Origin: Bilabrum cf. latius
Lineage: Eukaryota
Assembly (NCBI GenBank): GCA_965178125.1
Contig: OZ237735.1
Coordinates: forward strand, 1,922,001-1,986,000
Direction of reading: 5' to 3'
DNA length: 64,000 nucleotides
The notes beneath the pieces are model-generated. The model was not told the origin of the DNA, searched no databases, and saw only the letters and a program-made list of their open reading frames with translations. Of this stretch, positions 61,340 through 64,000 are shown piece by piece (the first letter of the stretch is position 1; the number at the start of each line of letters is the position of its first letter). A program made the position numbers and the translations under genes.

Positions 61340-62947
61340 ATGGCTGCAGTTGCTGGATCTGGCGACGGATCAGCTGCGGAGGGGAGCTCTGCAGCGTTGA
61401 GTTTCAGCGGTGCAGCGAAGCGGGCCTCTGCAAGCTCAGGCGGACCATCTATTTCTGATCGAGGGGAGGGTAGTTCGGCGGCTGCAGGCGGCTCTCGTGG
61501 CGACTCTAAAGAATCTAGGAGGGGTGGTGGCAAGCGCGGGCGCGGTGGGCGTGAGAAAACGCTGAACAAGCAGGGACTGTTGCCAATCGCGTACTCGATG
61601 CGCAGACGTGCTTCCACCCCGTATCCAGACGCGCTCCGTAAACTATCAATACATACACTTAATATGCTTCCTGTCGTGCAGGCAAAGGCGAGCCCGGGCT
61701 GTATCAGACGAGCGAGGGCGTTGCGGTCATCCCAGAGTTCAAGGATATGGGACTGAAGCCCATGCTTCTCAAGGGTATCTATGCCGCAGGTATGTGTAAA
61801 CAATTCGTATTTTTGCGTCTACTTCGTTCCAATTTGTGAGCCCGTTTGACTTTCTTTGGGTGAACAAAATCGCCTCGCAGGCTTCGAGAAGCCGAGTGCC
61901 ATTCAGCAGCGCGCAATCGCACCGATTACGAAAGGCCGGGACCTTATCGCGCAGAGCTAGTCTGGCACAGGAAAGACTGGTGTGTTTTCCATAGGATCTC
62001 TGCAGATTGCAGACACTTCAAGCCCAGAAACCCAGGTTCTGATCTTGTCACCCACTCGCGAGCTGGCCGAGCAGACACAGAGGGTCATCTGCACGCTGGG
62101 TGACTTTATGAGCGTGCGATGCCACGCCTGTATCGGTGGAAAGAGCGTGGGAGAAGACATCAAGAGGCTGGAGGCCGGCGTGCACATCGTCTCGGGCACT
62201 CCGGGCAGGGTGTTCGACATGATCCGGAGGAGGCACCTATCGACCTCGAAGCTGAAGCTATTCGTCATCGACGAGGCGGACGAGATGCTAGGCTCGGGCT
62301 TCAAGGAGCAGATCTACGACGTGTACCGCTTCCTGCCATCTGGGTGCCAGATCGTGCTCGCCAGCGCGACGCTGCCCAAGGAGGTGCTCGCCATGACGGA
62401 CAGCTTCATGACTAGGCCCGTGCAGGTGCTGGTGAAGAGAGACGAGCTGACCCTGGACGGTATCAAGCAGTTTTTCGTCGCTGTTGAGAAGGAGGAGTGG
62501 AAGTTCGACACGCTGACCGACCTATACGATACGCTCACCATCACGCAGGCCGTCGTCTTCTGCAACACGAGGAAGAAGGTGGACTGGCTCAAGGCGAAAC
62601 TGAAGGAAAACAACTTCACCGTGTCTGCCATGCACGGAGACATGAAGCAGTCCGAGCGGGAGGAAGTGATGAGCGAGTTCAGGGCGGGTGCCACCCGTGT
62701 GCTGATCGCGACGGACGTCTGGGGGCGGGGCATCGACGTGCAGCAGGTGTCGCTCGTGATCAACTACGACCTTCCCTCTTCCAGGGAGCTGTACATCCAC
62801 AGAATCGGTCGATCCGGGAGGTGGGGCCGGAAGGGCGTTGCGATCAACTTCGTCAAGTCCGACGAGCTGCGAGCGCTGCGAGACATCGAACAGTTCTACG
62901 CGACGCAGATCGACGAGATGCCCATGAATGTTGGCGAGCTGATATAA
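61340..62947 (+). CDS. EIF4A3: Exon-junction-complex DEAD-box helicase eIF4A-III, 2 introns
   Basis: [72 protein letters not shown] and C-terminus [12 protein letters not shown]. Confidence 0.96.
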
Positions 62948-63098
62948 ATACCTTGAACTGTTCGTGTCCGATATTTCTGCCATCTTTGGAAGCTCTGTCT
63001 GCTTCGGACTGATGACGGCCACAAATTCCGGTCCTGCGAAATTGCAGAACACGGGATCGCCTCGAGACTCTCAGTGCGTCCGGCGACACCGGGACGAA

Positions 63099-64000
63099 AT
63101 GTCGGAGAACCAGCATTATGGCGCGAGCATTGGCACAGCCATTGCAGGCGCAGCCGCTGGATTTGGCGTTGGAGCAGCTTGCGGGTACATGTTCAGGAGC
63201 GTGAGGCTTGTCCTGTCCGTTTCCCACTCTAAGCCATTCCATTGCCCGCAGCCCGACCGAATAAAAATGATTCGTTGCATGTCTCCCGAGGTTAATTCCA
63301 CTGAATACTTTTTGCGCGAATTAATCAAACCCTTTGGATAGTGTCGGTTCACACACAAGCGTTGATGGATCCCCATTCGCGTCTACGCAGTCTGGAGGCG
63401 AAATTGACAAGGGCATACCGTCGAGCATAGTAGAAACAAAGGGAGTTTCAGAGGCCGTTGCCCTCCGCAGGGCGGCCGAGCTGGACCTACTGTCGTCGGC
63501 GTATGAACTGCTGGCCCTGGCTACAAAAGAAAGCGGCTCCCTCTCTGCCCAAGTCTATGTCGTAGATCAGCCTACCGGACTCATTTTCCGTGGCTATGGT
63601 GTGACAGACAAGGGATATCCTCTGCTGTCGAGCAGGGAAGAAGACACGGAGCCGTTCAGCGTTGAGTGCGACGGCTCCAGCCTGGTCGGACACAGCGCGA
63701 CGATGGGCACAACAGTAGTGGCTGAATCATCCGATCGTCGCTCTGACGCTGATATGCCGAGCTCCAGGAGCCAAGCCAAGGCTGCTGGATCGGCGGACGC
63801 GGGCGAATCGATGGAACGCATCACGAAACCGCCTGGCGGCTACGTTGCTTGCGTACCTCTGACCGGCTACCACGAGAACGTCAGTTCCATCTAGGTGGCA
63901 TCCGCAAGCTACGGTGGCCCTGCATCTCCCAGCATGTCCGGTCTTGGAAGCAGGGCCGGCATCATCGCGATTCTCCGGGTGACGTTCGCGATGATGCCGA
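63099..64000 (+). CDS. N-terminally anchored protein with a GAF-like domain (partial; runs off the window)
   Basis: Hydrophobic GAAAGFGVGAACGYMF; intron 63201-63390; VYVVD...SLVGHSATMGTTV...VACVPL pattern; continues through TAG at 63892. Confidence 0.55.

Noticed and set aside
7128-61960. TAG as pyrrolysine, Leu, Tyr or Glu, or a ciliate-type code with TAA also Gln
   Set aside because: The best-conserved TAG columns are Gln. TAA is never internal and terminates eIF4A3, AKR and Tctex1 at their expected C-termini.
3339-62947. Mass pseudogenisation or sequencing error as the cause of internal stops
   Set aside because: Interruptions are exclusively TAG, with no frameshifts or internal TAA/TGA in host genes, and they occur in essential genes (eIF4A3, FCF1, MAD1) at conserved Gln sites.

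Overview
Gene-dense (~24 genes), GC-rich nuclear DNA of a unicellular eukaryote with short GT-AG introns. PLK4 and a Tctex1-type dynein light chain suggest a flagellate; a stramenopile/bicosoecid-like lineage is only my guess. The main signal is a non-standard nuclear genetic code. Almost every gene is split in the ORF track by in-frame TAG codons, and these rejoin into full-length proteins if TAG is read as Gln. TAG sits at invariant Gln positions (eIF4A3 AQS*SGTGKT, NADAR EHAF*AQK, TauD-like W*QGD), while genes end on TAA or TGA, so UAG and UAA have different meanings. Re-read with that code, the window holds a repeat-rich coiled-coil protein, MAD1, a TauD/CAS-like dioxygenase fused to an aldo-keto reductase, a single-domain voltage-gated channel, a Tctex1-domain protein, an SDR, a CNBD K+ channel ending in a SNARE-like helix plus TM, a PLP aminotransferase, an FkbM methyltransferase, PLK4, NADAR, a secreted JmjC protein, METTL16, a TM-dCache-TM-PDE receptor enzyme, Cys-rich surface proteins, FCF1, GRASP, eIF4A3 and a partial GAF protein. 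A 2.75-kb element with 33-bp terminal inverted repeats and an AAAAT target-site duplication sits in a divergent promoter and carries an intron-containing cargo gene. All calls come from motif recognition by eye; no searches were run.
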